This document shows positions 1 through 10,787 of a DNA stretch of 64,000 nucleotides, piece after piece; the first letter of the stretch is position 1, and every line of letters begins with the position of its first letter. The notes under the pieces are model-generated. The model had not been told where the DNA came from, did not search any database, and was given only the letters and a program-made list of their open reading frames with translations. The DNA is from a virus (Duplodnaviria; Caudoviricetes): IMG/VR virus record IMGVR_UViG_3300036940_000207, positions 5,749 through 69,748 of that record; one strand, 5' to 3'. A program made the translations under genes and the position numbers.

Positions 1-262
1 GAATATCAACTATAACTGCTCTTTTTGTGTTGTGATATATTACAACATTACCAATTTCAAAATGATAAGTTTTTGTTTCTTTGTTAAAGGTATAGTTCTT
101 TGAAGGTGTGACCAATCCCCAATCAACTGCATAACTGAAAAGGACAGATGGGTTATTCCTGTTCCTGGTAACAATTGCCATCTTCTCACCAGCATTAGTA
201 ATATGTGGGTTATGGTCAGGGTGAATTAGTTTGACTAATTCTGTGAAAGTTATTGTGTCCAT
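1..262 (-). CDS. Hypothetical early protein, runs off window edge; HPD motif (J-domain-like?)
   Basis: ATG at 262 after AAGGGG RBS; MDTITFTELVKLIHPDHNP...; open to position 1. Confidence 0.55.
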   Translation of the reverse strand, partial: MDTITFTELVKLIHPDHNPHITNAGEKMAIVTRNRNNPSVLFSYAVDWGLVTPSKNYTFNKETKTYHFEIGNVVIYHNTKRAVIVDI

Positions 263-307
263 CAACTAATCCCCTTGTTTGCTTTGTTCCCCCAATCAAC
301 AGAGTCC

Positions 308-336
308 ACTATACATAAAACCTTTGATGCCGTCAA
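308..336 (-). promoter_or_regulatory. Sigma70-type early promoter
   Basis: TTGACG-N17-TATAGT upstream of the 262 ATG. Confidence 0.7.
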
Positions 337-877
337 TACCTGAAATCATTGAAGATACAAATACTTGGTTGAAATCATTGAAAAACTTTTTTCTTCAAAT
401 ATATCAATAAGATAAAGACAAAAATTTTTGATGAAGGATTTTGGTGGGTTGTGAATAATAAGTAAAATTATATAAATTCTAATATAGATATATTGAGATA
501 TCTCAATATTAATAATATTAAAATCCATATATAATGATATAATGATATAAAGATTTCTTGATATAGTTATTAAGTTGATAATAACTGACAAATTTTGTCA
601 CTTAAAAACACTGTTTTTTCCCTTGACACCTTAATTATAAGTTATTCCCTTATATCCTATTGAAATCATTGAAAATCCTCAAATTTTCCCTCTGACATTG
701 GATTAAGCATCCCCAACCTCATATACCAGGAGCAGGTTAATCATCCAAAATTTGGCCTGTGAGAGGGGTCTGTGAGGATTTGGGGTCTTGGCCCCCATGC
801 CTGTAGGGTTTGAATATTCCAAATTTTTTTATCCAATGAAAACAAAAACTTATAAAAAGATTCAATGATTTCAAGTA

Positions 878-906
878 TTGACAGTTGGTGGGCTATTGGG
901 TATTGT
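878..906 (+). promoter_or_regulatory. Sigma70-type early promoter
   Basis: TTGACA-N17-TATTGT. Confidence 0.6.
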
Positions 907-997
907 GTTCTTGTCTTGAGGGGAAAAGGGTCATTGAGTAAATTATTTAACAAGGATATGACAACTTAATAAGTTAAAAAGAATTTCAAATTTCTCA

Positions 998-1026
998 TTG
1001 ACAAGGGCAGAATCCTTTGATAGTCT
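998..1026 (+). promoter_or_regulatory. Early promoter (near-copy at 1645-1673)
   Basis: TTGACA-agggcagaatcctttga-TAGTCT. Confidence 0.7.
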
Positions 1027-1072
1027 GTTCTTGTTGGTCAGGAAAGGAAAACAAATCAAGGAGATTAGTTAC

Positions 1073-1495
1073 ATGATTAAACCTAACACAAGTTATGAGG
1101 GGCAAGGGGTCAAGGTCATGATTGAAGGTAAGGAATACCCTTTAATCAGGACCACAGCCAAGATGGCCTTCTATGATGTGGATGGTAAGGAAAAGAGGAT
1201 TTCACTTAAAAAAGTTAATACTCAGGATTCAGATAGTAACTCAAAGAAGGGTAAGAAAAGTAGGAAAAGTAATAAAGTAAGTGATTCTAATTCTGATCGT
1301 AAAGGACCAGTAGGTAATGGGAATTTTGGTGGGCACATGCCTAATGTTCCTGAATCCTGTACTCATAGTAGGGTGTTTGTAGATGATAAGGGTGTCAGGT
1401 GGATTGACAATCAAATTTGTAATTCTTTTTGTAAAGTAAAGAAGTGTGATCGGTGGCGTGAATACAGGAAGGAGACAGCAGGTAAAGTAAAGTAA
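1073..1495 (+). CDS. Hypothetical early protein, basic, Cys-containing C-terminus
   Basis: AAGGAG RBS then ATG 1073; the TTG start at 998 in the ORF track is the promoter -35 box; both Trp are TGG. Confidence 0.75.
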   Translation: MIKPNTSYEGQGVKVMIEGKEYPLIRTTAKMAFYDVDGKEKRISLKKVNTQDSDSNSKKGKKSRKSNKVSDSNSDRKGPVGNGNFGGHMPNVPESCTHSRVFVDDKGVRWIDNQICNSFCKVKKCDRWREYRKETAGKVK

Positions 1496-1507
1496 GGAGA
1501 TTAGTTT

Positions 1508-1630
1508 ATGTACATTCCAATGATTACTGAACTTATTAAGTCATTCTTTACTGAATCTGAATACTGGGAATTTATTCAAGAAAATAAATTAAATGATGAA
1601 GTTGATAATTTAACAAAAAATGATGATTAA
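1508..1630 (+). CDS. Small hypothetical early protein
   Basis: AAGGAG RBS, 40 aa. Confidence 0.5.
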   Translation: MYIPMITELIKSFFTESEYWEFIQENKLNDEVDNLTKNDD

Positions 1631-1644
1631 TCTTCAAATTTTTC

Positions 1645-1673
1645 TTGACAAGGGCAGGGTACTTTGATACTCT
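1645..1673 (+). promoter_or_regulatory. Early promoter
   Basis: TTGACA-agggcagggtactttga-TACTCT; leader similar to 998 copy. Confidence 0.7.
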
Positions 1674-1713
1674 GTTCTTGTCAGTCAGGGAAGGAGAACA
1701 AACAGGAGGTCAA

Positions 1714-1941
1714 ATGTCCAGGTCTTACAAGAAGGTTCCTATTGTTGGTAATATAGGATGCAAGTCTGAGAAAAAGGATAAATCAATTGCCAACCGTATG
1801 GAACGTAGGATAGTTAAGAACTATATCAACTCTGGATATGATGTTCTTCCTGATAAAAGGTCCATCTTTAATCTTTATGATATGAATAAGGATGGGAAGA
1901 ATTATAATCATAATGTTGAACCCAAAGAAATGAGGAAATAA
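1714..1941 (+). CDS. Hypothetical early protein
   Basis: AGGAGG RBS, MSRSYKKVP... Confidence 0.75.
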   Translation: MSRSYKKVPIVGNIGCKSEKKDKSIANRMERRIVKNYINSGYDVLPDKRSIFNLYDMNKDGKNYNHNVEPKEMRK

Positions 1942-2204
1942 ATTATGTTGACTCAAGTTACCATTTTTATCATTGACACAAATCCTTTTGAGTGGTATTC
2001 ATTGGGTCAGACATTCACCGCAATCAAGGTTATGGATAAAGATGTGAGAGTTAAATTAGAACAAATAAGACATCAAATTGATAAATTGCTGAATTAAGAA
2101 GAATTAACGTTTATTGGTACTGTGATTGGCTATTATAAGAATTATGCCACTTACGTGAGAGCAGTGAGAAGGGACTACACTTAAAACTTTAAGGAGAATT
2201 TGTT

Positions 2205-2561
2205 ATGAAGAATTACATTGTTGAACACATCAGGGATAAGAAGAGAAATCCTTATGCAACGTTAGTTGGTTATTATCACAATGGAAATGTTTTTATTGGT
2301 GATGCAAAATGTAACAAGAAATTTGATACATTCCAGAAGAGTAAGGGTGTAGAAATTGCTTTAAATAGAGCAATGAAATATATTAATATTTCGAATAATA
2401 GTATTATCTATTCTGACTGGAATGAACTGATTGATGATGAAGTAATTAAATTTGGTAAGAGATGTAAAAAATACTTTAAAACAAATCAAATTTTCTATAA
2501 TCCTAGATTTGAATTCATTGATTCTAGTGTAATTTTAATTTTTATTATTGAGACAGATTAA
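2205..2561 (+). CDS. Hypothetical phage protein
   Basis: AAGGAG RBS, 118 aa ORF. Confidence 0.7.
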   Translation: MKNYIVEHIRDKKRNPYATLVGYYHNGNVFIGDAKCNKKFDTFQKSKGVEIALNRAMKYINISNNSIIYSDWNELIDDEVIKFGKRCKKYFKTNQIFYNPRFEFIDSSVILIFIIETD

Positions 2562-3063
2562 TGAGTAATACTTGGTTTACGTCAGATTGGCATTTCTTCC
2601 ATGATAATATTCTTAAATATGAGAAGAATAATAGACCATTTAATAATATTAAAATGATGCATAACAAAATCATTGCTAACTATAACATGATGGTTAGCAA
2701 TGATTTTGTTATGTATTAGGTGATATTGCAATAGTTAATAACTCTAACTTAAATAAGTTAGATAAAATTATTAATTCTTTAAATGGTAGAAAAATTCTCA
2801 TATTGGGTAATCATGATGAAGGAATGCCATTTCGTTATTTGAAAATGGGATTTGAATCAGTTCATACATCTCTTGAATTGAATGAATGGAAACTTGTACA
2901 TGATCCTGCATGGGCAATAATGCAGAAGAATAAAACACACATTGTAGGACATGTGCATAGTTTATTTAAGATACAAGGAAATTGTATAAATGTGGGAATT
3001 GATGTTAGAAATTTGTTTCCAGTAAGTCTTGAAACATTATTAGAAGAAGAAAAGGGACTGTAA
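2561..3063 (+). pseudogene. Calcineurin-like metallophosphoesterase with a 1-nt frameshift near 2710
   Basis: DWHFFH, LGD, GNHD and GHVH motifs split over two frames. Confidence 0.75.
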
Positions 3064-3077
3064 TTACAGTCCCTTTT
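3050..3077. terminator. Bidirectional intrinsic terminator between converging early and late blocks
   Basis: Perfect palindrome aaaagggactgtaa/ttacagtccctttt. Confidence 0.85.
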
Positions 3078-3253
3078 TCAACTATTCAAAAAATTCTTCT
3101 CATTCAGTTTTTATTTTTAACTTATCAATATCTTCTTTAGTAATAACATCTTTATTCATTCTATCTATAATATTTTGAACCGCTGGAATACCATATTTCA
3201 AAGCTAAATCCATAACTTGTAGAATTAGATTTACTTCATGTTTATTCATTTTC

Positions 3254-3736
3254 TTACTCCTTATTAATTAACTCTGACAAACTAATAATTCTATCTATCA
3301 ATGTGTCTGGTACATGAACTCCTTCTATATACTTATCCATAATTATTTCTAGAGTTCTAGTTTCTTCTGCTAGTAAACTTACCAGATGTAATACTTTGTC
3401 TTTGTTATAAACTTTTCTACCTTCATTTAGAGCATCATACCATATTTCAACTTCTTTTTGAAGTTTATTATTATAAATTTTATGGTTTACTCATATAACA
3501 CCAATTTCATCTTTTTGATCCTCATTAATAAGATCTCTTTGTAACAAATCATTAGTTACATTACCAACAGTAGTACTTAATTCCTCAGAATAATCAAGTA
3601 ATGTATAAGCCAATACAAAATCTTTTGATAACTGTTCCCCTTTTTCAGTTGATACATCTTTTGGTAAACATCCAAAGGATGTAATCACAAAACTGATACA
3701 AAACATCATTATCATAACTTCTTTTAATTTCTTCAT
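3254..3736 (-). CDS. Predicted lipoprotein (spanin-like?), code 4
   Basis: Signal peptide ending ITSFG-C; one in-frame TGA extends it to TAA at 3254. Confidence 0.6.
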
Positions 3737-3745
3737 AATATCTCC

Positions 3746-4321
3746 TTATTTGTTTTTCTTTAATAAAAATTCTGGTAAAAATTTTGAATTAAAAAGTTGA
3801 ACCATTTTTAATTTAATTTTTGGTAATTTTGGTCTTCTTTGTGTAATTTCATTCCAGGTATGTAAAAAGTCCTCAATATCCTTCTCTTCAATAATGAACA
3901 ATGATATGTGTGGAATCATTCCACCTTCAAATACTTTAACATCACTTAATTCATTAACAACTAAATCATGGGCAGTTTTATATTGTTCATTTTTCTTCAT
4001 TTCTATAGTTATGAAATATTTACCTACATACTGACCATATAATAATTTTAATCTTTTAGGATTCATTATAAAATTTGAAGGTAATCGTTGCATTAATCTA
4101 ACCAATTTAGGTTTAGTATATGTACCAGTAATTTGTGCTACGGTTATATGAGGAGAATTATTCTGTTGATATGGAATATTAAAATGATCTAACCAACTCT
4201 TAATATATTCTATGGTTTGATTAATATCAGATACATTAACTTTGTATCCAATCATAGTTCTAGACATCTTCTTACCAGTAACCTTATTAGTTTTTTCTTG
4301 TATAAATTTATAAAATCTCAT
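3746..4321 (-). CDS. 2H phosphoesterase (T4 57B/Acb1 fold family)
   Basis: Two HxT/S motifs (PHITV, PHISL); N-terminus MRFYKFIQE. Confidence 0.7.
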   Translation of the reverse strand: MRFYKFIQEKTNKVTGKKMSRTMIGYKVNVSDINQTIEYIKSWLDHFNIPYQQNNSPHITVAQITGTYTKPKLVRLMQRLPSNFIMNPKRLKLLYGQYVGKYFITIEMKKNEQYKTAHDLVVNELSDVKVFEGGMIPHISLFIIEEKDIEDFLHTWNEITQRRPKLPKIKLKMVQLFNSKFLPEFLLKKNK

Positions 4322-4331
4322 AGTATTCTAC

Positions 4332-4988
4332 CTACTTAAATATTTGTTTGTTTTCATCTCATTTTGAATGAAGAATTTCTAACTTACTCATATTTACATA
4401 ATAATATTTATCACAATTAATTCACACCTCATAATTATTATAGTAAGCATCATCAAAACTTCTATCGGTCACAAAGTATTCTTCAAATGATAACTTTAAA
4501 TAATTAGGGTTTTCATCACTTATTAAATAATCACTTATTGCATCATAATCTCATCCTGTTCTCTTATCTTCTATATTAGCATCATCAGATCTAATAAATG
4601 TGTAAGATATATTCCCAATTGGGAATATATAGCATATAGAAGATCCAAATAAAATTAACTTATTTGGATCTTTAGCATTTTTACACATTACAGACTTATC
4701 TCTTCTATTATGGCCATTTTGTTCTAATCAAGTATTCAATGCATTAGCTTCAGAAGCAATCATTCCTTGGGGTTTTCTATTTTTTCTTACATTTTGAATA
4801 TCTATAAACTGATCACCTTTTGGAGTCATACCTCTAACTAAAGGAGATTTACCCTTAATCAATTTAAGATATGGTTTGCATCACTTCTTTACATTATCAT
4901 TAAATTCTTGTAAATCATTGTTTAAATCAATTATGTCTTTTCCAACTTTAACTTCTTCAACTTCATTTAAAAATTTATATAATCTCAT
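4332..4988 (-). CDS. ART-like paralog 1 (putative ADP-ribosyltransferase fold), code 4
   Basis: MRLYKFLNE start; VRG, RDKSVMC, IFPIG and YEVWINCDKY motifs; open if TGA=W. Confidence 0.55.
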
Positions 4989-4998
4989 AATTAAATTC

Positions 4999-5166
4999 CT
5001 ATAATAATATTATTACTCCCTTAACTAATAACAATATTACTCCTAACATTATAACAATGTTTATTAATACTTTAACAGCATTTCTTTTATCAATTTCATC
5101 TGTAACATTAGCAGTTTTAAATACTCCACCCATTCTTAGTAACCATTCCAATCCTTTATACAACAT
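4999..5166 (-). CDS. Small membrane protein, partial duplicate of the C-terminus of 5180-5791
   Basis: LRMGGVFK shared; 20-nt identical DNA stretch; hydrophobic C-terminus. Confidence 0.5.
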   Translation of the reverse strand: MLYKGLEWLLRMGGVFKTANVTDEIDKRNAVKVLINIVIMLGVILLLVKGVIILL

Positions 5167-5179
5167 AATACAATTCTCC

Positions 5180-5791
5180 TTATGCTGATTTTATACTTTT
5201 AATAAATTTAACTACTTCATTACTCTTGATACTTGTTAATACACCTTCTAAAGATGCAAATGAAATATTGGATAATGACATATGTTTAGCGACATGTAGG
5301 ATACTCTTACCAGTTGCTACTCCACCTAATATAGCAAATCCAAATATAATTGTATAAAATACAACCTCTGTTGCTTTCTCTTGTCTTCCTTTATCTGTGA
5401 TTCCAGCAGATTTAAATACTCCACCCATTCTTAATACTTGTCTAAGTGTAACAATATACGCATGATGTCATTTATCTGTCATTTTGATCAACTTTTCAAT
5501 AACACCTTCATCTTCCTTGGTATCTTTACCAAATAACTTCTTGATTTTATCAAGTACAAATTTGAAAGATTTAGCGATAGTTTTTATAATAGTGGGCATT
5601 CCTAGTATCAAAGAAATTATAAGTGTTACAGATACTGCCTCATCTACTCTCCCATTATACTCTACAAGATGTGATTCGTCAATAGGTTTATACATTTGTA
5701 AAGATTCCAGTGTCTTATCAAAACCCTCATTTAATGAAAGTTCTATTTCCTCATTTAAGTATGTGTTTAATTTGTTTAATAATTCAGTCAT
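5180..5791 (-). CDS. Hypothetical protein with hydrophobic segments, code 4
   Basis: Two track ORFs joined by one TGA; N-terminus contains YLNE. Confidence 0.65.
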
Positions 5792-5807
5792 TTAATTATC
5801 TCCTTAT

Positions 5808-7241
5808 TTATTTTATTAATTTTTTTGTAATATTTGACATAATTTCTTTCATTGTATCAGTATATCCCTTACCAAGAAAATTTAATCCACTTATATTTCA
5901 AATACCTGTGGCGTGTCCACCACTACCTTGTTCTATAATATCCCAGGTACTTATTTTAACTCTTTCTAATATATCCTTCTGCTTTCTGGTTAAATCTTTA
6001 AATCTTTTGTTAGTTATGTCTTTAACCATATCTGTTCATTTTTTCTTACCATCTACTTCAACCCCTTTAATCTGTTCGGGGGTGAATTGTGATATTAAAT
6101 CATCAAATGTAAATCCAACAGCACCTTCTAAATTTTTCTTAGTTATATCTTCTTCATATTTCTTCTTTAAATAGGCAAGACTCACCATATTATTTTCTCA
6201 TTGAGATTTATATTTGTTTAATACTTTATTTACCACTTCTTGAAAATTTACTGTTACATTCTTTTCCTTAAATGGATTAGCACTTACTTGAATCATTCCC
6301 ATTGGTCATCCCATTACTAAAAATTTAGCATCTGGATGATTTTTAAATACTACATATCTATCAAATTGAACACCTCTCTTTGGTGACATATTTCCACCAC
6401 CATATTGAATTACCACATTGCCTAATTCTCCAGATTGACCATTTTGTAAATTCTTAATATCTTTAGGTGACTTTAAATCAACAATATTTTCTTCTTGTTG
6501 TTTAACATATGTTTGTTGTTGTTGTTCAATTTCTTCAGGTGCTCTATACCCTTCTTGTTTTGCTAACCTTCTAGTAACATTATACAAAGATATAATAGAA
6601 GGGTTTGCTGTTTCTACTAATTTATTAAGAAAATCTGGTTTGTTCTTATATGAAAGTAATAACTTATTTGCTACAAGTCCCATTCTTCATTTGTTATCTT
6701 TTACTGAAATTGAACGATCCAGTCCAAAAGCTGCTCTCATTATATCATCTGGAGTTAAACCATGTTTATAAAAATCTGCTGAATCTACTGTTGAAATAAT
6801 TTCCAAATCTTGCATTGGAGAAATTAATCTTTTAGACATTTCAGCAGATATATGATAAGCATTAGCTGGTGCATCAATAAATGAGGTAGATGTTCCCGGT
6901 TTAATTCCACTTTGTCCTGAATGGTGATCTGTTCATACATTAACAAAGGGTTTGCCTTGACTAAAATCAACCATACAAACTAATGTATCTTTATCTCATG
7001 TTTTCTTTACATTATATGATATGTTCCCATATTGAACTACTTGAACATCTTTTAATTTCAAATTATATTCATTCTGTAAAATATATTTAAGTGAAATTGC
7101 CGAAAAAACACCATCTAAATCCATGTGGTATAAGATACTGAATTTATTGTGTTTTTTTATAAGGTTTTTCAATCCTTTTATATTTGCCTCATCTAATTTA
7201 TCATAGATGTCTAATTCTTGTAATCATAAATCTAGTTTCAT
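5808..7241 (-). CDS. DHH-family phosphoesterase (477 aa), code 4
   Basis: HMDLDG, MVDFS, WTDHH and SGGH motifs; N-terminus MKLDLWLQE. Confidence 0.8.
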
Positions 7242-7598
7242 TTATAAACCTCCCCCCATAGCAGCACTAGCAGTAGTTAAAAATGGTGTCATATCTATAC
7301 TTATGTTTGAAGGAATTTCTTTTTGTTTTGAAAGAAACTCTTTTATTTCTCTCTCTAAGTTGTTCTCACCTTTTTTAGTTGGTGGATATTCTTCAGTATG
7401 AAATATAGATTTATTCTTATACTTAATATCTACCCATATTTTCTTACTTTTCTCCTTTTCATTATCAATTACAGATTTACTAGGTATATTATTTTGTAAA
7501 ATTACGAAATTATATTTTCCCTTTTTAAAAGTATATAATATTTTTGATCATTTATATTGATCTTCTAATAAATATTTCTCCACTAAATCTAGTTTCAT
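7242..7598 (-). CDS. Hypothetical protein, code 4
   Basis: MKLDLVEKYLLE start; one TGA. Confidence 0.6.
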
Positions 7599-7882
7599 TA
7601 TGATTCTCCTATTTCTTCTTTAGCTTCTTGTTCACCATCTGTTCTGTTACTTTCATAATCTTTATCTAATTTCTTTAATAAATGTTCAAATTCACCTACA
7701 TGATGTTCTTCTTCATCACTTACATGTAAAAATATCTTTTTCACATCTGGATCTCTAGCTTTCTGTGCCATTTTTGAATATAAGTTAGAAGCATATCATT
7801 CTTCTTTAATAGCTTCTCTTAACATTTCAACATCTGTATATTCATCATAATTATTTTCATTTAAAAATTTTCTTAATCTCAT
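7598..7882 (-). CDS. Ferritin/rubrerythrin-like protein, code 4
   Basis: EAIKEEWYA...Y and EEEHHVGEF di-iron-type motifs; MRLRKFLNE start. Confidence 0.7.
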
Positions 7883-7891
7883 AATAATCCT

Positions 7892-8140
7892 TTATATTGA
7901 ATATTTACTTAATTGTTTCATAACACTCTTTGGTGTTTCATATGGCAAATCTAATGTAATAGTACCATCCTTCTCTTTCTTCTGTTTAACACCTTTCTTT
8001 TTCAAATCTTTCATTAACTTCTTAACATAACTATCCTTTGGGTTAATTCTAACCATTTTATTAGATATAGCACTATCAGCATCTAAGTTACCAACTGTAG
8101 ATGTGGTTATTTCTTCATTTATTCAGTCTCTAAATTTCAT
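7892..8140 (-). CDS. Small hypothetical protein, code 4
   Basis: MKFRDWINE start (W=TGA). Confidence 0.6.
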
Positions 8141-8141
8141 A

Positions 8142-8856
8142 TTATACCTCAAATAATCTATCAAATATTTCTTCATATACTAGATCAAATTCTTTATAAT
8201 GAATTCCATAATAAGATTTTGACATTAACATAATTTCATTATGTTTGGGTATATTTGGTATATCACTTGCGTCTGAAACTTTATACTTTCTTACCAAATC
8301 ATATATATATGATTTCATATCTTGTTCTGCTTCACCACTTAATAAATATTCTTTAAATACTTGATATGATTCAAACTGTTCTTGTTCGAAGTCATCCATT
8401 CCTAATCATACAGATCTTGTATCACCACCTTTTTTTAAGAAACCTGATATAAGATCAAAATTTATTACTTAAATGATCATATAAATCTCTAACTTTAGGT
8501 GATCACATTAATTTGTATTTTCCTATAGGAAATATTACATAAGTTGTACCGTATGCCATTGTTTTTATATAATTAATATAACAAAATAAAGATGAAGATC
8601 TAGGTCTAAATCCAAATTCATCATAAAATTCATTATCTATTATATCATGTGTTTCTTCAGGAGTATCTAATGGTATTCTGTCTTGTCTCACATCTCTTTT
8701 TATAATAGTTTTAGAACTATTTCTACCAGAATATAAAAGATTTGGTCATGATTTTCTTTGTTTCTTTAAATCATTAATAAATATAGAACAATCCTTTTTT
8801 AACTGTTCTATATCTTTACCTACAGATACTTCATTTAAATAATTGTATAATCTCAT
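8142..8856 (-). pseudogene. ART-like paralog 2 with a 1-nt frameshift at about 8430-8460
   Basis: MRLYNYLNE; YSGR, RPRSSSLFC, YG..YVIFPIG; terminal NEIML motif lies in the downstream frame. Confidence 0.55.
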
Positions 8857-8857
8857 A

Positions 8858-9487
8858 TTAACCAATTCCTAATTTCTGCTTAAATTCACTTCAATAATCG
8901 GGATGAACCAATATATATTTATCACAATTAAATATTGCTTCAAATGAAGGGTTTGCTGTTCTAGTTAAATATTTTGGTAATTCTTTGGAACTATATTTTT
9001 TTCTATACATATCTACTATATGTTTTCTGATAATTTCCAAATTCTCAGATTTTTCTTGTTCTGAATAAAGATCACTATTTTTAGTTATTCCATAATCATC
9101 ATATAAAGAATAAACTGCACGTTTTGTAGGTCCATATGCTCATACATACTGATAATTACCCATAGGTATGAATATAAATCTTTTACCAAAACTTAGAGCT
9201 GTTCTTTCATCTCCAGTAAAGGCGCCTTCAGATCTTATATTTCATCCTCATAATTCTTTTGATACCTTACCTAAATATTCATGTAATTCTTCAGGAATAA
9301 ACCTTGGTTTTCTATTTTTATGAACATTCTTAACAGTATAATGTGTAGTGCTTACTTTATTATGTCCTCTTCATATTAATTGGTCCGTTTCTTGTTCTAG
9401 AACAGACCTAAATTCTTTAAGAAATGGCTCAATAGCAGATTTAATCTTATCATCAACTTTTTCATTTAAATAATTATATAATCTCAT
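8858..9487 (-). CDS. ART-like paralog 3, code 4
   Basis: MRLYNYLNE; WRG, RSEGAFTG, FIPMG and FEAIFNCDKY motifs. Confidence 0.55.
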
Positions 9488-9488
9488 A

Positions 9489-10052
9489 TTATTCTAACTC
9501 TCTTAATTTTTGTTTAATCACTGATATAATGTTTTTTTGTGTAGTGGTTAAATTTCTCTTCGATTCAAGATTGGATAAAATTTCTTTAGTAGATCTTACA
9601 GTTTTATCTCTAAAAGAAGAAGATGCTTGTTTAAGGTCTGAAACATTATCTAGTCTATCAGCTAACTTAATAACTAATGCCCAATCACTCATATTAATCA
9701 TTTTGTCCGATAAATATTTAGATTTGCCTACCTTTTTTATTTCTTCAGGATCACTAGTTAATTCTTTAACTATGGAAGCAACCAATCCACCAAATAATTT
9801 ATTTAAATCTTTAAATGTAGTATTTGTATCTTCGATAGTATCATGAAGTAATGAAGCAGATATTAATTGATCTAATTTATGGGATTGTTTGAACTTTTTA
9901 ACTATTGCAGCTACTCTTTTTGGATGTTCAAAATATGGTTCATTTGAAAATTTTCTTCTTTGTCCTTTATGTTTAATAGAACCAAATTTTTCAGCAAAAT
10001 CTTCAATTGTTGCTGCATCTTCTAATATAGAAATATAACTCTTTAATCTCAT
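9489..10052 (-). CDS. HD-domain (p)ppGpp hydrolase-like protein (SpoT/MESH1 type)
   Basis: H.GQRRK...PYFEHP, LLHDTIEDT, IKLADRLDN. Confidence 0.85.
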   Translation of the reverse strand: MRLKSYISILEDAATIEDFAEKFGSIKHKGQRRKFSNEPYFEHPKRVAAIVKKFKQSHKLDQLISASLLHDTIEDTNTTFKDLNKLFGGLVASIVKELTSDPEEIKKVGKSKYLSDKMINMSDWALVIKLADRLDNVSDLKQASSSFRDKTVRSTKEILSNLESKRNLTTTQKNIISVIKQKLRELE

Positions 10053-10054
10053 AT

Positions 10055-10759
10055 CTAGTAAACTTCCTTTTTATCTACCAATGTCAATTTGCCACTCTTA
10101 GGATCTATTAATAAACCAAAGAATTCCATCACTGGTTCATTTTCTGGTATGTTATACTCTTGTCTCACATCTTCTATTATATCATTAGAAATCTTATTTG
10201 TCATATTTAAGAACTGTTTCACATTCTTATCATGATCATCTATCATTCTAACTCTTCTATATTGTTCATGTTTTAAATAGTTCAGTATAACTCTTTCTTT
10301 TCTTTCAGGTATTGTACCTGATTTTAAATTTCCTACTCTTTCAATATATACAGTTGGTCTAAAATCAACATCAATACCATATTCTCTAAATGTTTGTAAA
10401 AATTCTTGTTTATTATCAAAGTCAGCTCTAGCAGTTAAGAAAATGATTTTACTTCCTCTTTTATTCTTCTTTAACATAGAAATCATTCTTTTTAATCTTT
10501 CAATAGTAGGCATAATTGGTTTAGATGTTTTTCTAAACAATTCAGCATCTCTAAATTCTTTAAAATCAAATTCTTCATTATCTTTAAGTTGATAAAAGTT
10601 AAATTCTTGGTTATCTAGTTTTCTAATTACTTCACCTGTCTCTTTATCAATCACATGAATCTTAGCAAATGTGGAAAATACAGTTTCATCAATATCTACA
10701 AATGTAATACCTTTACCATATTCACTTTTTCTCTCATTCAAATATGTATACAATCTCAT
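10055..10759 (-). CDS. HAD-superfamily phosphatase
   Basis: VDIDET, FLTAR and MIDDHDKN motifs; MRLYTYLNE start. Confidence 0.75.
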   Translation of the reverse strand: MRLYTYLNERKSEYGKGITFVDIDETVFSTFAKIHVIDKETGEVIRKLDNQEFNFYQLKDNEEFDFKEFRDAELFRKTSKPIMPTIERLKRMISMLKKNKRGSKIIFLTARADFDNKQEFLQTFREYGIDVDFRPTVYIERVGNLKSGTIPERKERVILNYLKHEQYRRVRMIDDHDKNVKQFLNMTNKISNDIIEDVRQEYNIPENEPVMEFFGLLIDPKSGKLTLVDKKEVY

Positions 10760-10787
10760 ATTTATACTCCTATAACATTTACATTAT

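Noticed and set aside
263-997. Track ORFs 346-591 and 741-953
   Set aside because: Low-complexity translations overlapping promoter and repeat elements; treated as non-coding.
4607-4630. 24-bp perfect palindrome
   Set aside because: Lies within the conserved IFPIGNI codons of an AT-rich gene; single occurrence, no functional context.
6990-7010. Apparent frameshift in the DHH gene
   Set aside because: Re-reading shows AAG-AAA-ACA-TGA-GAT in frame; the gene is intact in code 4.
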